This document shows, piece by piece, positions 27,098-36,599 of a DNA stretch of 52,156 nt. A model generated the notes under the pieces. That model had not been told where the DNA came from and ran no database searches. It saw nothing but the letters and a program-made list of their open reading frames with translations. How positions within the stretch are numbered: position 1 is the stretch's first letter; every line of letters starts with the position of its first letter. The stretch is from the NCBI GenBank assembly GCA_035272805.1, contig DATEQI010000307.1, positions 1 to 52,156 on the forward strand. Direction: 5' to 3'. A program made the translations under genes and the position numbers. The DNA comes from Alphaproteobacteria bacterium (GTDB taxonomy: Bacteria > Pseudomonadota > Alphaproteobacteria > JACZXZ01).

Positions 27098-27284
27098 CCG
27101 GTGCGCCCCGACCGCCTCGCTTGATCCAGATTAACTTATTGGATCTTATACAAGAATCGATCACGAGGCGCGGCACTTCCGAGCGTCGTCCGGGGCCTGC
27201 GGGGTGAGATGTCAGATGCCGGCTTAAGGGACGCGGTCCTGGGTGTTTTCCGTCCTCTGGCATCTGTCATCTGCCATCCGGACC

Positions 27285-27914
27285 TCAGCTCTTCTGCCTG
27301 AGCTCGACGATCTTGTCGCGCATGAGCTCGGTCAGACTCGTGACGTTGCCGTTGTTGCGTTGGAGCACCGAGGAGAACTCGGAGCGCTGCGTCACCAGGA
27401 GGCTGACCCCCTCGACCACGACGTCGATGATCTTGTAGCCGACCTGCTCCTTGCGCACGCGCCACTGAACCTCGGTCGGCTCCTCGCCTGTCTTTCCGAT
27501 TCCGCTTGTCACCCAGGCGCCGGCCTCGCCGTCGGGGCCCGTCTTGCTGACGTGGAAGCTCTCGCCGGCGTACGAGTTGAAACGCACCGCGTAAGTCTGC
27601 ACCACATATTCCTTGAAGACATCGAGGTACGCGTCCCGCTCGCTGTCTGAGACCCTGCGCCCATAGACGCCGAGAACGAAGAGCCCGATCGCGCGCACGT
27701 CGAAGCCATCGAGAAATATCGCGGCAAGCGCCTTTACGCGGTCGTCCTTGCTGAGCGACTTGTCCTTGAGGATGCGGATCACCCGCTCGGCGAGCTGGCT
27801 GACGAACTCGGATGCGGCGGCGGGAATATCCTCGGCGCGGCCCGCCCGCGGCGCCACAAGGAGGCCGAGCGCGGCGGAGGCGGCCGAGGCTAGGAATATG
27901 CGACGGTCAATCAT
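27285..27914 (-). CDS. MlaC/Ttg2D-family periplasmic lipid-binding protein (HpnM-like)
   Basis: 209 aa. Signal peptide with RR (MIDRRIFLASAASAALGLLVAPRAGRA). The body shows the toluene-tolerance Ttg2D/MlaC pattern (FDVRAIGLFVLG..., YKIIDVVVEGVSLLVTQRSEF). Confidence 0.8.
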   Translation of the reverse strand: MIDRRIFLASAASAALGLLVAPRAGRAEDIPAAASEFVSQLAERVIRILKDKSLSKDDRVKALAAIFLDGFDVRAIGLFVLGVYGRRVSDSERDAYLDVFKEYVVQTYAVRFNSYAGESFHVSKTGPDGEAGAWVTSGIGKTGEEPTEVQWRVRKEQVGYKIIDVVVEGVSLLVTQRSEFSSVLQRNNGNVTSLTELMRDKIVELRQKS

Positions 27915-27926
27915 GGCGGCAACACT

Positions 27927-28934
27927 TCATCGCTCGACATTGGGGCGGCCCGCGCGGTCGCGGGCCTCGTCGGCAAGAGCCGACTGCTCGATCGGCCCGG
28001 CAGGCACGGTCTCACTCCCGGCCATGCCCGCGCCCGCTCCTGCCGGCAACTCTGCGCCGGCCTGGCTTTGCCTGGCAACACTGGCGATGTTGGCGCCAGG
28101 GGCCGGCGGCTCCACGGGGCGGGCGGCCTCGGGGCCGGTACTCGGCATGTCACCCGGCCCGGAAATCGATGGTGCCGGGAAGTTGGCGCCGCCCTTGCCC
28201 GAGCGGATCTGGTCCTCGCGGCGCTGGCGGTAGAGGCTGCGCAGCGTGGCATAATAATCGACGGAGGTGCGACGGATCTCGTCGAGCGGCTCGATCAGGG
28301 GCTCGCGCTTGTCGATCCCCTCGAAGGCGAAGCGGCCGATGTCCTCCCACAGGGTGGCGAAATAGCCGATCGGATCCATCAAGGAGTCGACCCCGAGCCC
28401 GATCGCATCGCGCGGGTTCGACGGGCCGAAGAGCGGCAGCATCAGATAGAACTGTTCGCCCATGCCCCATTTGGCAAGCGTAACGCCGAAATCGGTATCA
28501 TGATTGGGCACGCCGGCCAGGGATGCCACGTCGAAAAAGCCGCCCACCCCTGCCGTGAGGTTGATGAGGAAACGGAGCACCGTGTCGGCCGCGCTATTCG
28601 GGTCGGCCTGCAGGAGATAATTGCCGAAGAGGACCGGGGCGTGCACGGTCACGACCATATTGTGCAGGCCCTTGCGCAGGTCCTCGGGGACCACCCGATA
28701 GGCTTCCGCCACCGGCTTCACGATGTGGTCGTCAAGTGCCAGGTTGAAATCGAAAATGGCCCGGTTGGCCGGCTCGAGGGGATCGTTCGCTTCCTCGAAG
28801 GCGGCGCGCGCGTCGGGTTCGGTGGGCGGCGTGGCGCAGCCCGGGAGCCACAGGAGTAGAGCGAGCACAAGTCCCACATTGAGGCCGATTTCGGCGGACA
28901 TCGTGGCCTTCCGGGCAGTCGAGCTTGCGCGCAT
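27927..28934 (-). CDS. mlaA: MlaA/VacJ-family outer-membrane lipoprotein with a long Pro/Ala-rich C-terminal tail
   Basis: Lipobox LLWLPGC. Conserved NDPLEPANRAIFDFN...D..I.KPVAEAYR and FGVTLAKWG blocks. The start may be the internal ATG at 28901. Confidence 0.85.
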   Translation of the reverse strand: MRASSTARKATMSAEIGLNVGLVLALLLWLPGCATPPTEPDARAAFEEANDPLEPANRAIFDFNLALDDHIVKPVAEAYRVVPEDLRKGLHNMVVTVHAPVLFGNYLLQADPNSAADTVLRFLINLTAGVGGFFDVASLAGVPNHDTDFGVTLAKWGMGEQFYLMLPLFGPSNPRDAIGLGVDSLMDPIGYFATLWEDIGRFAFEGIDKREPLIEPLDEIRRTSVDYYATLRSLYRQRREDQIRSGKGGANFPAPSISGPGDMPSTGPEAARPVEPPAPGANIASVARQSQAGAELPAGAGAGMAGSETVPAGPIEQSALADEARDRAGRPNVER

Positions 28935-29345
28935 CTATCGATCCCGCTCCGTCGTTGTCACGCTTCTCCAATCTGCGGGGCGCGTGACGTGCCCTGCCGA
29001 GTAACGCCTGACAGATATGTCAAGGTCCTGTTTGCTTTCCCCCAAGCGGATTTCGCCGCGCCCGGCGAGCGCCTTACTTGAAAGTACCCCTTCTTCGTCC
29101 ATCCCTCTGCCTCGCGGACGGGCGCGACGCCAGCGTTGAGCCCCAGCGTTGAGCTTAAGTGACCTAACATAGGAGGAGGCAAAAAACCAGTGGCCTGGCC
29201 TTGGCTTATCGATGCGCTTGTCCCACCTGTTGCAGATTTGTCGCGCATCGGCGACTCGGAGGCAGTTTGCCGATATTCTTTGACTTGCATTCATAAGGAT
29301 ATGTTTATATAGTTATATTTGTCTCAAGGAAGCGGGGGAAGGCAA

Positions 29346-30368
29346 ATGGCCATGGAGGAGCTGCCGCGCGCTGGCGTCGCTGCCATCGGCGAGGCGGACA
29401 TGGAGAAGCTGCTGGCGGGCTTGCGGGCGGTGGCAGAACCGACGCGGCTGCGGCTTCTCGTGCTCTCTGCCCACGGCGAGCTCACCGTGAGCGAGCTTAC
29501 CCAGATTCTCGGCCAGAGCCAACCGCGCGTCTCTCGCCATCTCAAGCTTTTGTGCGAGGCCGGGCTGCTCGAGCGCTTTCGCGAAGGCACCAACGCCTTC
29601 TATACCCTTGCCCGGCAGAGCGAGGTGGCGCGGCTGGGCGAGCTCCTCGTCGATCTCATGCCCGATCGCGATCGCACCCTTGCCCTCGACCTCGAGCGGC
29701 TTGAGGCGATCAAGGAGACGCGCAATGCCGCGGCGGCGAGGTACTTCAGCGAGAACGCCGAGCGCTGGGACCGCATCCGCTCGCTCTATATCGACGAGGC
29801 CCAGGTCGAGGCCAAGCTGCTCGAGCTCGTACCGCCGCACGGCTTGCGCGACTTCGTCGACGTGGGCACCGGCACCGGGCGCATTCTCGAGCTCGTGGCC
29901 CCCCGCGCGGAGCGCGCGGTCGGCATCGACCTCTCGCGCGAGATGCTGGCGCTGGCGCGCGCGCGCATGGAGCAGGCCGGCTTGCGCAACGCGAGCGTGC
30001 GCCACGGCGACATGTACCAGCTGCCCTGGCCGGCGGGCTCCTTCGATGCGGCCGCCCTCCACCAGGTGCTGCACTTCGCCGACGATCCTGCCGCCGCGAT
30101 CGCGGAGGTGGCGCGCGTCCTGCGGCCCGGCGGGACCCTCGTCATCGTCGACTTTGCGCCCCACGAGCTCGAATATCTGCGCACCGAGCATGCCCATCTC
30201 CGCTTGGGCCTGCGCGAGGCCGACATGCAGCAATGGTTCCGCTCAGCCGGCCTCATGCCGCAAAGCACCTCCGAGCTGCCGGGCGATCCGCTCACCGTGA
30301 TGATCTGGTGCGCGCGGCGCGTAGAGGCGGAAAAGAGACGCGCGGCACCTCAGCGCAAGGCGCGCTGA
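29346..30368 (+). CDS. ArsR/SmtB-family transcriptional regulator fused to a SAM-dependent methyltransferase domain
   Basis: N-terminal wHTH LRAVAEPTRLRLLVLSAHGELTVSELTQILGQSQPRVSRHLKLL. C-terminal class I MTase motif VDVGTGTGR ... LRPGGTLVIVDF. The stop overlaps the metF start. Confidence 0.8.
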   Translation: MAMEELPRAGVAAIGEADMEKLLAGLRAVAEPTRLRLLVLSAHGELTVSELTQILGQSQPRVSRHLKLLCEAGLLERFREGTNAFYTLARQSEVARLGELLVDLMPDRDRTLALDLERLEAIKETRNAAAARYFSENAERWDRIRSLYIDEAQVEAKLLELVPPHGLRDFVDVGTGTGRILELVAPRAERAVGIDLSREMLALARARMEQAGLRNASVRHGDMYQLPWPAGSFDAAALHQVLHFADDPAAAIAEVARVLRPGGTLVIVDFAPHELEYLRTEHAHLRLGLREADMQQWFRSAGLMPQSTSELPGDPLTVMIWCARRVEAEKRRAAPQRKAR

Positions 30369-31309
30369 TGGCGTCCGCAACCTTGCGCCGCAGTGAACGC
30401 CTGCCCTTCTCCGGGCCGCTGCCCGAGGGCGCCCTACGGGTCTCCTTCGAGTTCTTCCCGCCCAAGAGCGAGGAGATGGAGCGCCAGCTCTGGCACGCCG
30501 TCGAGCGGCTCGAGCCGCTGCAGCCCCGTTTCGTCTCGGTCACCTATGGCGCCGGCGGCTCCACGCGCGAGCGCACCCACGCGACGGTCCGGCGCATCCG
30601 CAACGAAACCTCGCTCGAGCCCGCAGCCCACCTCACCTGCGTCGGCTCGACGCAAGCCGAGGTGGACGCCGTCGCGCGCGACTACTGGGCGGCCGGCATT
30701 CGCCACGTCGTGGCGCTGCGCGGCGATCCGCCGGCGGGCGAGGCCGGCTATCGCCCCCATCCGGGGGGATATCCGTTTGCGGTCGATCTCGTGCGCGGCC
30801 TGAAACGCATCGCCGACTTCGATATCTCTGTCGCGGCCTATCCCGAGGTGCACCCCGAGGCCGCCAGCCCTGAAGCCGATCTCGACAATTTGAAACGCAA
30901 GATCGATGCCGGCGCCTCGCGCGCCATCACCCAGTTCTTCTTCGAGGCCGACGTCTTTCTGCGCTTCGTCGAGCGCTGCCGCAAGGCCGGCGTTTCCCTG
31001 CCGATCGTGCCCGGCATCCTGCCGGTCACCAACTTTGCCCGTGTGGTGCAGTTCGCCAAGACGTGCGGTGCGGGCATCCCGGCCTGGCTTGCGGCACTTT
31101 TCGAGACCCTCGACGACGACCCCGGCACGCGCCAGCTCGTCGCCGCCACGGTCGCCGCCGAGCAGTGCCGCGAGCTCTATGCCAACGGCGTCAACGAGTT
31201 CCACTTCTATACGCTCAACCGCGCCGACCTCGCCTACGCGATCTGCCACATCCTCGGCCTGCGGCCGGCCTTGCTGCCGGCCGCGCGAAGCCTGCGCGCC
31301 AAGGCCTGA
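30368..31309 (+). CDS. metF: 5,10-Methylenetetrahydrofolate reductase
   Basis: SFEFFPPK...RFVSVTYGAGGSTRE...HLTCVG...VALRGDPP blocks. The ATG at 30368 overlaps the upstream TGA. The track ORF (30233) is an upstream extension. Confidence 0.9.
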   Translation: MASATLRRSERLPFSGPLPEGALRVSFEFFPPKSEEMERQLWHAVERLEPLQPRFVSVTYGAGGSTRERTHATVRRIRNETSLEPAAHLTCVGSTQAEVDAVARDYWAAGIRHVVALRGDPPAGEAGYRPHPGGYPFAVDLVRGLKRIADFDISVAAYPEVHPEAASPEADLDNLKRKIDAGASRAITQFFFEADVFLRFVERCRKAGVSLPIVPGILPVTNFARVVQFAKTCGAGIPAWLAALFETLDDDPGTRQLVAATVAAEQCRELYANGVNEFHFYTLNRADLAYAICHILGLRPALLPAARSLRAKA

Positions 31310-31320
31310 GAGATTTCGCC

Positions 31321-34300
31321 ATGAGCCGCTTCCTCGATGCCGTTTCCGAGCGCGTCATTCTCCTCGACGGGGCCATGGGGACCCAGGTCCAGGCGCGCCA
31401 ACTCGACGTCGAGAAGGACTACCTCGGCTGCGAGAATTGCACCGAGATCTTGAACCGCTCGCGGCCCGACCTCGTGCGCGATATCCACATGGGATACCTC
31501 GAGGCCGGAGCGGACGCGATCGAGACGAACAGCTTCGGCGGCTCGCCGGTGACGCTCGCCGAGTTCGGCCTCGAGGGGGAGGCGCTCGCGCTCAACAGGC
31601 GCGCCGCCGAGCTCGCGCGCGAGGCGGTGGACGAGTTCAAGGCCGACGGGCGCGAGCGCTTCGTGCTCGGCTCGGTCGGGCCCGGAACCAAGCTGCCGAC
31701 GCTCGGCCAGATCGCCTACCAGCGCCTCGAGGATGCGCTCGCCACCCAATGCGCGGGCCTGATCGCGGGCGGCGTCGACGCCCTCCTGATCGAGACCTGC
31801 CAGGACCTCCTCCAGCTCAAGGCGGCGGTCAACGGCGCCAAGCGCGCGCGCGCCGAGGCCGGCGCCGATGTCCCGATCATGACCAACGTCACCATTGAGA
31901 CCACGGGAACGCTTCTCGTCGGCGCCGACATCGCCGCGGCTGCGACCGTGATCCATGCCCTCGACGTGCCGGTCATGGGCTTGAACTGCGCGACCGGCCC
32001 GCAGGAGATGGCCGAGCACGTGCGCTGGCTCGGACAGAGCTGGCCGGGCTTGCTCGCGGTGCTGCCCAACGCCGGTCTCCCCGAGCTCATCGACGGCCAC
32101 ACCCATTATCCCCTCTCGCCCGAGGAGATGGCCCAGTGGCTCGAGCGCTTCATCGAGGAGGACGGCATCAACATCATCGGCGGCTGCTGCGGCAGCCACG
32201 AGCCGCATATCCGAGCACTCGACGCCATGCTCAGGCGGCGGGCGGGGAGCGCCTTGCGGCCCGTGCCGAGGCGCCGCGAGGCGCTTTGGGTGCCGAGCCT
32301 CGCCTCGCTTTACGGCCAGGTCCCGCTCAGCCAGGAGCGCGCCTACCTTTCGATCGGCGAGCGCTGCAACGCGAACGGCAGCCGGCAGTTCCGCCGCCTC
32401 CAGGAGGCGGGCGACTGGGAGGGCTGCGTCCAGATGGGGCGCGAGCAGGTGGCCGAGGGCTCGCACACGCTCGATATCTGCACCGCTTTCGTCGGCCGCG
32501 ACGAGATCGCCGAGACGACCGAGGTGGTGAGCCGCATGCGCAACGCGGTCACCGCACCCCTCGTTTTCGATTCGACCGAGCTCCCCGTGCTCGAGACGGC
32601 CTTCAAGCTCTATGGCGGCAAGGGCGTGCTCAACTCGATCAACTTCGAGAACGGCGAGCCGGCGGCTGCGGCGCGCATGGAGCTCGCACGCCGCTTCGGT
32701 GCCGCGGTCATCGCACTCACCATCGATGAGGAGGGCATGGCGAAGACGGTCGAGCGCAAGCTCGAGGTGGCCAAGCGCCTCCACGACTTCGCCTGCAACC
32801 GTTACGGCCTGCCGGCATCCGACCTGATGATCGACCCCTTGACCTTCACGATCTGCACGGGGAACGACGACGACCGCAAGCTCGGGCTCGCGACGTTGGA
32901 GGCGATCGAGCGCATCAGGGAGGCGCTGCCCGAGGTGCAGATCCTGCTCGGCCTCTCGAACATCTCCTTCGGCCTCAATCCGGCGGCGCGCCAGGTCCTC
33001 AATTCCGTGTTCCTCGACCATGCGCAGCAACGCGGGCTCAGCGCCGCCATCGTGCACGTGAGCAAGATCCTCCCCTTGCATAAGATCGGCGAGGCCGAGC
33101 GCGGAAGCGCTGAGGACCTCATCTTCGATCGCCGCCGCGAGGGCTACGATCCGCTCCACGCCTTCATGGCGCTCTTCGCCGACCGCCTCGAGGAGCAGAA
33201 GGCCAAGAAGTCGCGGCCCGAGGGTGTCGAGGAGCGTCTCGCCCAGCGCATCGTCGACGGCGACCGCCAGGGTCTCGACGACGACCTCGCCGAGGCGCTT
33301 CGGAGCCACCCTCCGCTCGACATCATCAACCGCTTCCTGCTCGACGGCATGAAGGTGGTGGGCGAGCTCTTCGGTGCGGGCAAGATGCAGCTCCCCTTCG
33401 TGCTGCGCTCGGCCGAATGCATGAAGGCGGCCGTCGCCTATCTCGAGCCCTACATGGAACGGGTCGCGGGGCAGGAGAAGGGGACGATCGTGGTCGCGAC
33501 CGTGCGCGGCGACGTGCACGACATCGGCAAGAACCTGGTCGACATCATCCTCACCAACAACGGCTATCGGGTCGTCAACCTCGGCATCAAGCAGCCGCTC
33601 TCGAACATCCTCGAGGCGGCGAGGGAGCACAAGGCGAACGCCGTCGGCATGTCGGGACTGCTGGTCAAATCGACGGTCGTCATGCGCGAGAATCTCGAGG
33701 AGATGACGCGGCTCGGCGTCGACGTGCCGGTGCTGCTCGGAGGGGCGGCGCTCACGCGTCAATACGTCGAGGAGGACTGCGCGCGCGCCTATGGAACCGG
33801 CAGGCTCGCCTACGCGCGCGACGCCTTCGACGGCCTTCACCTCATGGAGAAGGTGGTGAACGGCAGCTTCGTCGACTTCACCGACGAGGTCGCGAGGAAG
33901 CGCGAGGCGCGGCCGTCAAGCAAGCCCGCGCGCGTGCGCGGGGTGCCCAAGGCGCCCGCCGCCGAGCCGCGCCCGGTCGATTTCGAGGAGATCCGCCTCC
34001 ATCGCGCCGAGCTCAACCGCGGCTTGGAGGTGCCGACCCCGCCGTTTTGGGGGCCGCGCGTGATCGCGCGCGTGCCGGTCAAGGCGCTCGTCCCCTATCT
34101 CAACGAGCGCATGCTCTTCCAGTTCCACTGGGGCTTCCGCAAGGAGGGCCGGCGGCTTGCCGAGTACATGGAATGGGCGCGGCGCGAGCTCAGGCCCGAG
34201 CTCAAGCGCATGCTCGACGCGTCTGCCCAGCAGGACATCTTGAAGCCGCAGGCGGCCTACGGCTATTGGCCCGCTGCCGCGGAGGGCAACGACGTGATCC

Positions 34301-34824
34301 TCTTCGCCCCCGAGGACCACGGCAAGGAGCTCGTGCGCTTCCCCTTCCCGCGCCAGGCGCGCGAGGGCGGGCTCGCGATCGCCGATTTCTTCCGCGACGT
34401 GAGCGAGCCCGCGCGCGACGTGATCGCCCTTCAGGTCGTGACGGTCGGCCAGCGCGCCTCGGACGTGGCGCGCGAGTGGTTCGCCGAGAGCCGCTACCAG
34501 GACTATCTCTATCTCCACGGCCTCGGCGTCGAGATGGCGGAGGCGCTCGCCGAATACGTGCATAAGCGCATTCGCGGCGAGCTCGGCTTCGCGAACGAGG
34601 ACGCGCGCGAGATGGACCAGCTCCTGCAGCAGGGCTACCGCGGCTCGCGCTACTCCTTCGGCTATCCCGCCTGCCCGCGCCTCGAGGACCAGGTGCAGCT
34701 CCTGGCCCTCCTCGGTGCCGCGCGCATCGGCATCAGCTTGAGCGAGGAATTCCAGCTCCACCCCGAGCAATCCACCTCCGCCATCGTCGTCCATCACCCG
34801 CAGGCGAAGTACTTTTCGGTGTGA
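31321..34824 (+). CDS. metH: Cobalamin-dependent methionine synthase
   Basis: 1167 aa from the ATG at 31321 (MSRFLDAVSERVILLDGAMGT). Hcy-binding, pterin-binding, B12 cap plus binding motif GDVHDIGKN, and a C-terminal AdoMet activation domain. Confidence 0.95.
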   Translation: MSRFLDAVSERVILLDGAMGTQVQARQLDVEKDYLGCENCTEILNRSRPDLVRDIHMGYLEAGADAIETNSFGGSPVTLAEFGLEGEALALNRRAAELAREAVDEFKADGRERFVLGSVGPGTKLPTLGQIAYQRLEDALATQCAGLIAGGVDALLIETCQDLLQLKAAVNGAKRARAEAGADVPIMTNVTIETTGTLLVGADIAAAATVIHALDVPVMGLNCATGPQEMAEHVRWLGQSWPGLLAVLPNAGLPELIDGHTHYPLSPEEMAQWLERFIEEDGINIIGGCCGSHEPHIRALDAMLRRRAGSALRPVPRRREALWVPSLASLYGQVPLSQERAYLSIGERCNANGSRQFRRLQEAGDWEGCVQMGREQVAEGSHTLDICTAFVGRDEIAETTEVVSRMRNAVTAPLVFDSTELPVLETAFKLYGGKGVLNSINFENGEPAAAARMELARRFGAAVIALTIDEEGMAKTVERKLEVAKRLHDFACNRYGLPASDLMIDPLTFTICTGNDDDRKLGLATLEAIERIREALPEVQILLGLSNISFGLNPAARQVLNSVFLDHAQQRGLSAAIVHVSKILPLHKIGEAERGSAEDLIFDRRREGYDPLHAFMALFADRLEEQKAKKSRPEGVEERLAQRIVDGDRQGLDDDLAEALRSHPPLDIINRFLLDGMKVVGELFGAGKMQLPFVLRSAECMKAAVAYLEPYMERVAGQEKGTIVVATVRGDVHDIGKNLVDIILTNNGYRVVNLGIKQPLSNILEAAREHKANAVGMSGLLVKSTVVMRENLEEMTRLGVDVPVLLGGAALTRQYVEEDCARAYGTGRLAYARDAFDGLHLMEKVVNGSFVDFTDEVARKREARPSSKPARVRGVPKAPAAEPRPVDFEEIRLHRAELNRGLEVPTPPFWGPRVIARVPVKALVPYLNERMLFQFHWGFRKEGRRLAEYMEWARRELRPELKRMLDASAQQDILKPQAAYGYWPAAAEGNDVILFAPEDHGKELVRFPFPRQAREGGLAIADFFRDVSEPARDVIALQVVTVGQRASDVAREWFAESRYQDYLYLHGLGVEMAEALAEYVHKRIRGELGFANEDAREMDQLLQQGYRGSRYSFGYPACPRLEDQVQLLALLGAARIGISLSEEFQLHPEQSTSAIVVHHPQAKYFSV

Positions 34825-34961
34825 GGAATTTTTCCTCTCCCGCCTACGGGATCGAGCCGCGGGATGAAGGAGAATTGTGGGCTCGCAGCACGTCCGCAAC
34901 GGGCCAAAGTGAAAAGCGCCGCGCTGGCCTCTCGCGGTCCGTCAACCACCTGGAAGCAGAA

Positions 34962-35690
34962 CTACTCCGAGCAAGCGAGTTCTTCGCAGAACGTCAAGAG
35001 CGTAAACGTGACGGTGCCCTCGCTGTCTTGAATGCTGAACATCACAGGCGTTGCCTTATCGTCCATCCAGACTTCATATCGCTCCCGGCCGTCCACCGTA
35101 TCGATCTGGTACCGGCGCACCCGCGTTGCAGCGCCGTCAATCGTGATCGACGTCTCCTCGCCGCCGCTGGCAACGATCTTCGTGACGAGGCCCGTATCCG
35201 GCATCAGGACCATATCGCCTCTCAACCTACCTGCGGACCACGGACTGACTGACCGGATCGTCCCTGGTGCGGTGACCTTGCCGCTCGGGGAGGTAACGAT
35301 GAAGTGCTCGCCGTCCGCCCGACCGTCCACTTCGATTGACTTGCCGTTCTCCGTAGTAATTCCGTGAAAATAAATCAGGCGATCGCCCACCTGTCGTTCA
35401 ATACGGGAGACGTCTTGCCTATAAAGAGTGATGCCGAGAACCGAGACTTCGATATGGGCCTCCGTGGTTATCGTCGTGGCATCACGGCTTTTCTCGACAG
35501 TGTTGCTGTACGTCCCGATCGCACCATAGAAGCGGTCCTGGACGCGATATGTATATCGCTGCTGGAAGGCAGCCGCGGAGGGTCCCGCCGCGAGGAGGGC
35601 GCAAATCGCCACGGCACCGAGCAACTCCCTCGAGGTGAGCATCTTGGCCAGTACCGCCATGGCTCTCTGCCCTGCTACTTTTCTAACCAT
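34962..35690 (-). CDS. Secreted beta-rich protein of unknown function (DUF6134/DUF3108-like)
   Basis: 242 aa. Signal peptide ...AICALLAAGPSAAA, then YTYRV..RFYGAIGTY and repeated beta-strand pattern. The start overlaps the SDR stop by 8 nt. Confidence 0.6.
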   Translation of the reverse strand: MVRKVAGQRAMAVLAKMLTSRELLGAVAICALLAAGPSAAAFQQRYTYRVQDRFYGAIGTYSNTVEKSRDATTITTEAHIEVSVLGITLYRQDVSRIERQVGDRLIYFHGITTENGKSIEVDGRADGEHFIVTSPSGKVTAPGTIRSVSPWSAGRLRGDMVLMPDTGLVTKIVASGGEETSITIDGAATRVRRYQIDTVDGRERYEVWMDDKATPVMFSIQDSEGTVTFTLLTFCEELACSE

Positions 35691-36543
35691 TCGTCAATTG
35701 CTCGCTGAGCTCCCACATCCGTCTCTGCATATTCCTGTCGCATGATGCTGGACTGGACGGAACGGGAATGCATTTTTCGAAATACCTTGCGGATAGGTGA
35801 GCAACTTCCGGCGAACAGGCGAGATAGACCGAAGTGGCCGCCCCCTTCTCAGGCGTAAGGATGAAACGCATTGCGATGCCCCAGAACGGCTTGAGCAGCC
35901 GGACCGGACCGGTCGCATCGGCGAGCGTGACGATGTTGGTCGCCACATAGCCGGGGTGCAATGCATTTACGGTGACATGGCTGTCCCGAAGGCGGCGGGC
36001 AAGCTCGTACACGGTTAACAGGTTCGCAAGCTTCGCGTTGGCATAGGCATGCATGCCGACGCCATGCGGGTAGCGGCGCCGCATTTGTACGTCGTTGAAA
36101 TCAATTTTCCCTTTCTCGTGCGCGTCCGAATTGACATTCACAACACGTGAGCCACCAGTCGCCTTCAATCTATCGAGCAGCAAATTGGTCAAGAGGAACG
36201 GTGCCAGATGATTGACCGCGAGCGTCATTTCGATGCCGTCCGCGCTCTCTCGGCGCTTGGGGAATGTCGCGCCCGCATTATTTATCAGCACGTGCAGCTT
36301 CTCATATTTGCCGTTGAATTCGGCGGCCACCGCGCGGACCTGCTGCTGAACCGAAAGGTCTGCGACCATTAAATCGATTGCACCGCGTCCGGCCAGCGCT
36401 CGAATCTCACGGGCGGCATCCTCTCCTTTCTGCCTGCTTCTGCAAATGAGAACGATCGTTGCGCCCCTTTTTGCCAGCTCGAGCGCTGTGACCTTGCCGA
36501 TTCCCGAACTTGCGCCGGTCACAACGCATATTTTCTCATTCAT
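35683..36543 (-). CDS. Short-chain dehydrogenase/reductase (retinol-dehydrogenase-like SDR)
   Basis: TGASSGIGK cofactor motif, NNAG, and catalytic YANAK. Only the last 286 codons of the 704-aa track ORF are credible. Start at 36543, or at 36561. Confidence 0.85.
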   Translation of the reverse strand: MNEKICVVTGASSGIGKVTALELAKRGATIVLICRSRQKGEDAAREIRALAGRGAIDLMVADLSVQQQVRAVAAEFNGKYEKLHVLINNAGATFPKRRESADGIEMTLAVNHLAPFLLTNLLLDRLKATGGSRVVNVNSDAHEKGKIDFNDVQMRRRYPHGVGMHAYANAKLANLLTVYELARRLRDSHVTVNALHPGYVATNIVTLADATGPVRLLKPFWGIAMRFILTPEKGAATSVYLACSPEVAHLSARYFEKCIPVPSSPASCDRNMQRRMWELSEQLTNG

Positions 36544-36599
36544 GCAACTCGGATTCCCCATGGATCGTCCCCTCCTGAGGCGGGGCGATGTGCCTGATC

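Noticed and set aside
29190-29315. 41-codon ORF (GTG start) preceded by AGGAGGAGG in the mlaA / ArsR-MTase intergenic region.
   Set aside because: The ribosome-binding site looks good. However, the codon usage becomes AT3-rich, the peptide has no features, and it runs through the putative promoter. There is not enough support to call a gene or leader peptide.
28935-29345. Possible SAM-II / SAM-responsive or cobalamin riboswitch upstream of the metF-metH operon.
   Set aside because: A UUGGCUUAUCG-like string and a hairpin are present. I could not find the pseudoknot partner (AAAGC-type 3' strand) or a B12 box, and the best promoter candidate lies downstream of the hairpin. This needs an Infernal scan.
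31234-33840. 868-aa ORF antisense to metH; also the N-terminal extensions of the metH (31063) and metF (30233) track ORFs.
   Set aside because: The antisense product is low-complexity. The extensions run through the preceding genes in other frames, and the conserved N-termini begin at 31321 and 30368.
34822-34840. Hairpin GAGGAA-TTT-TTCCTC overlapping the metH stop, considered as a terminator.
   Set aside because: It has only a 6-bp A/T-containing stem and no following U-tract, which is too weak to call.
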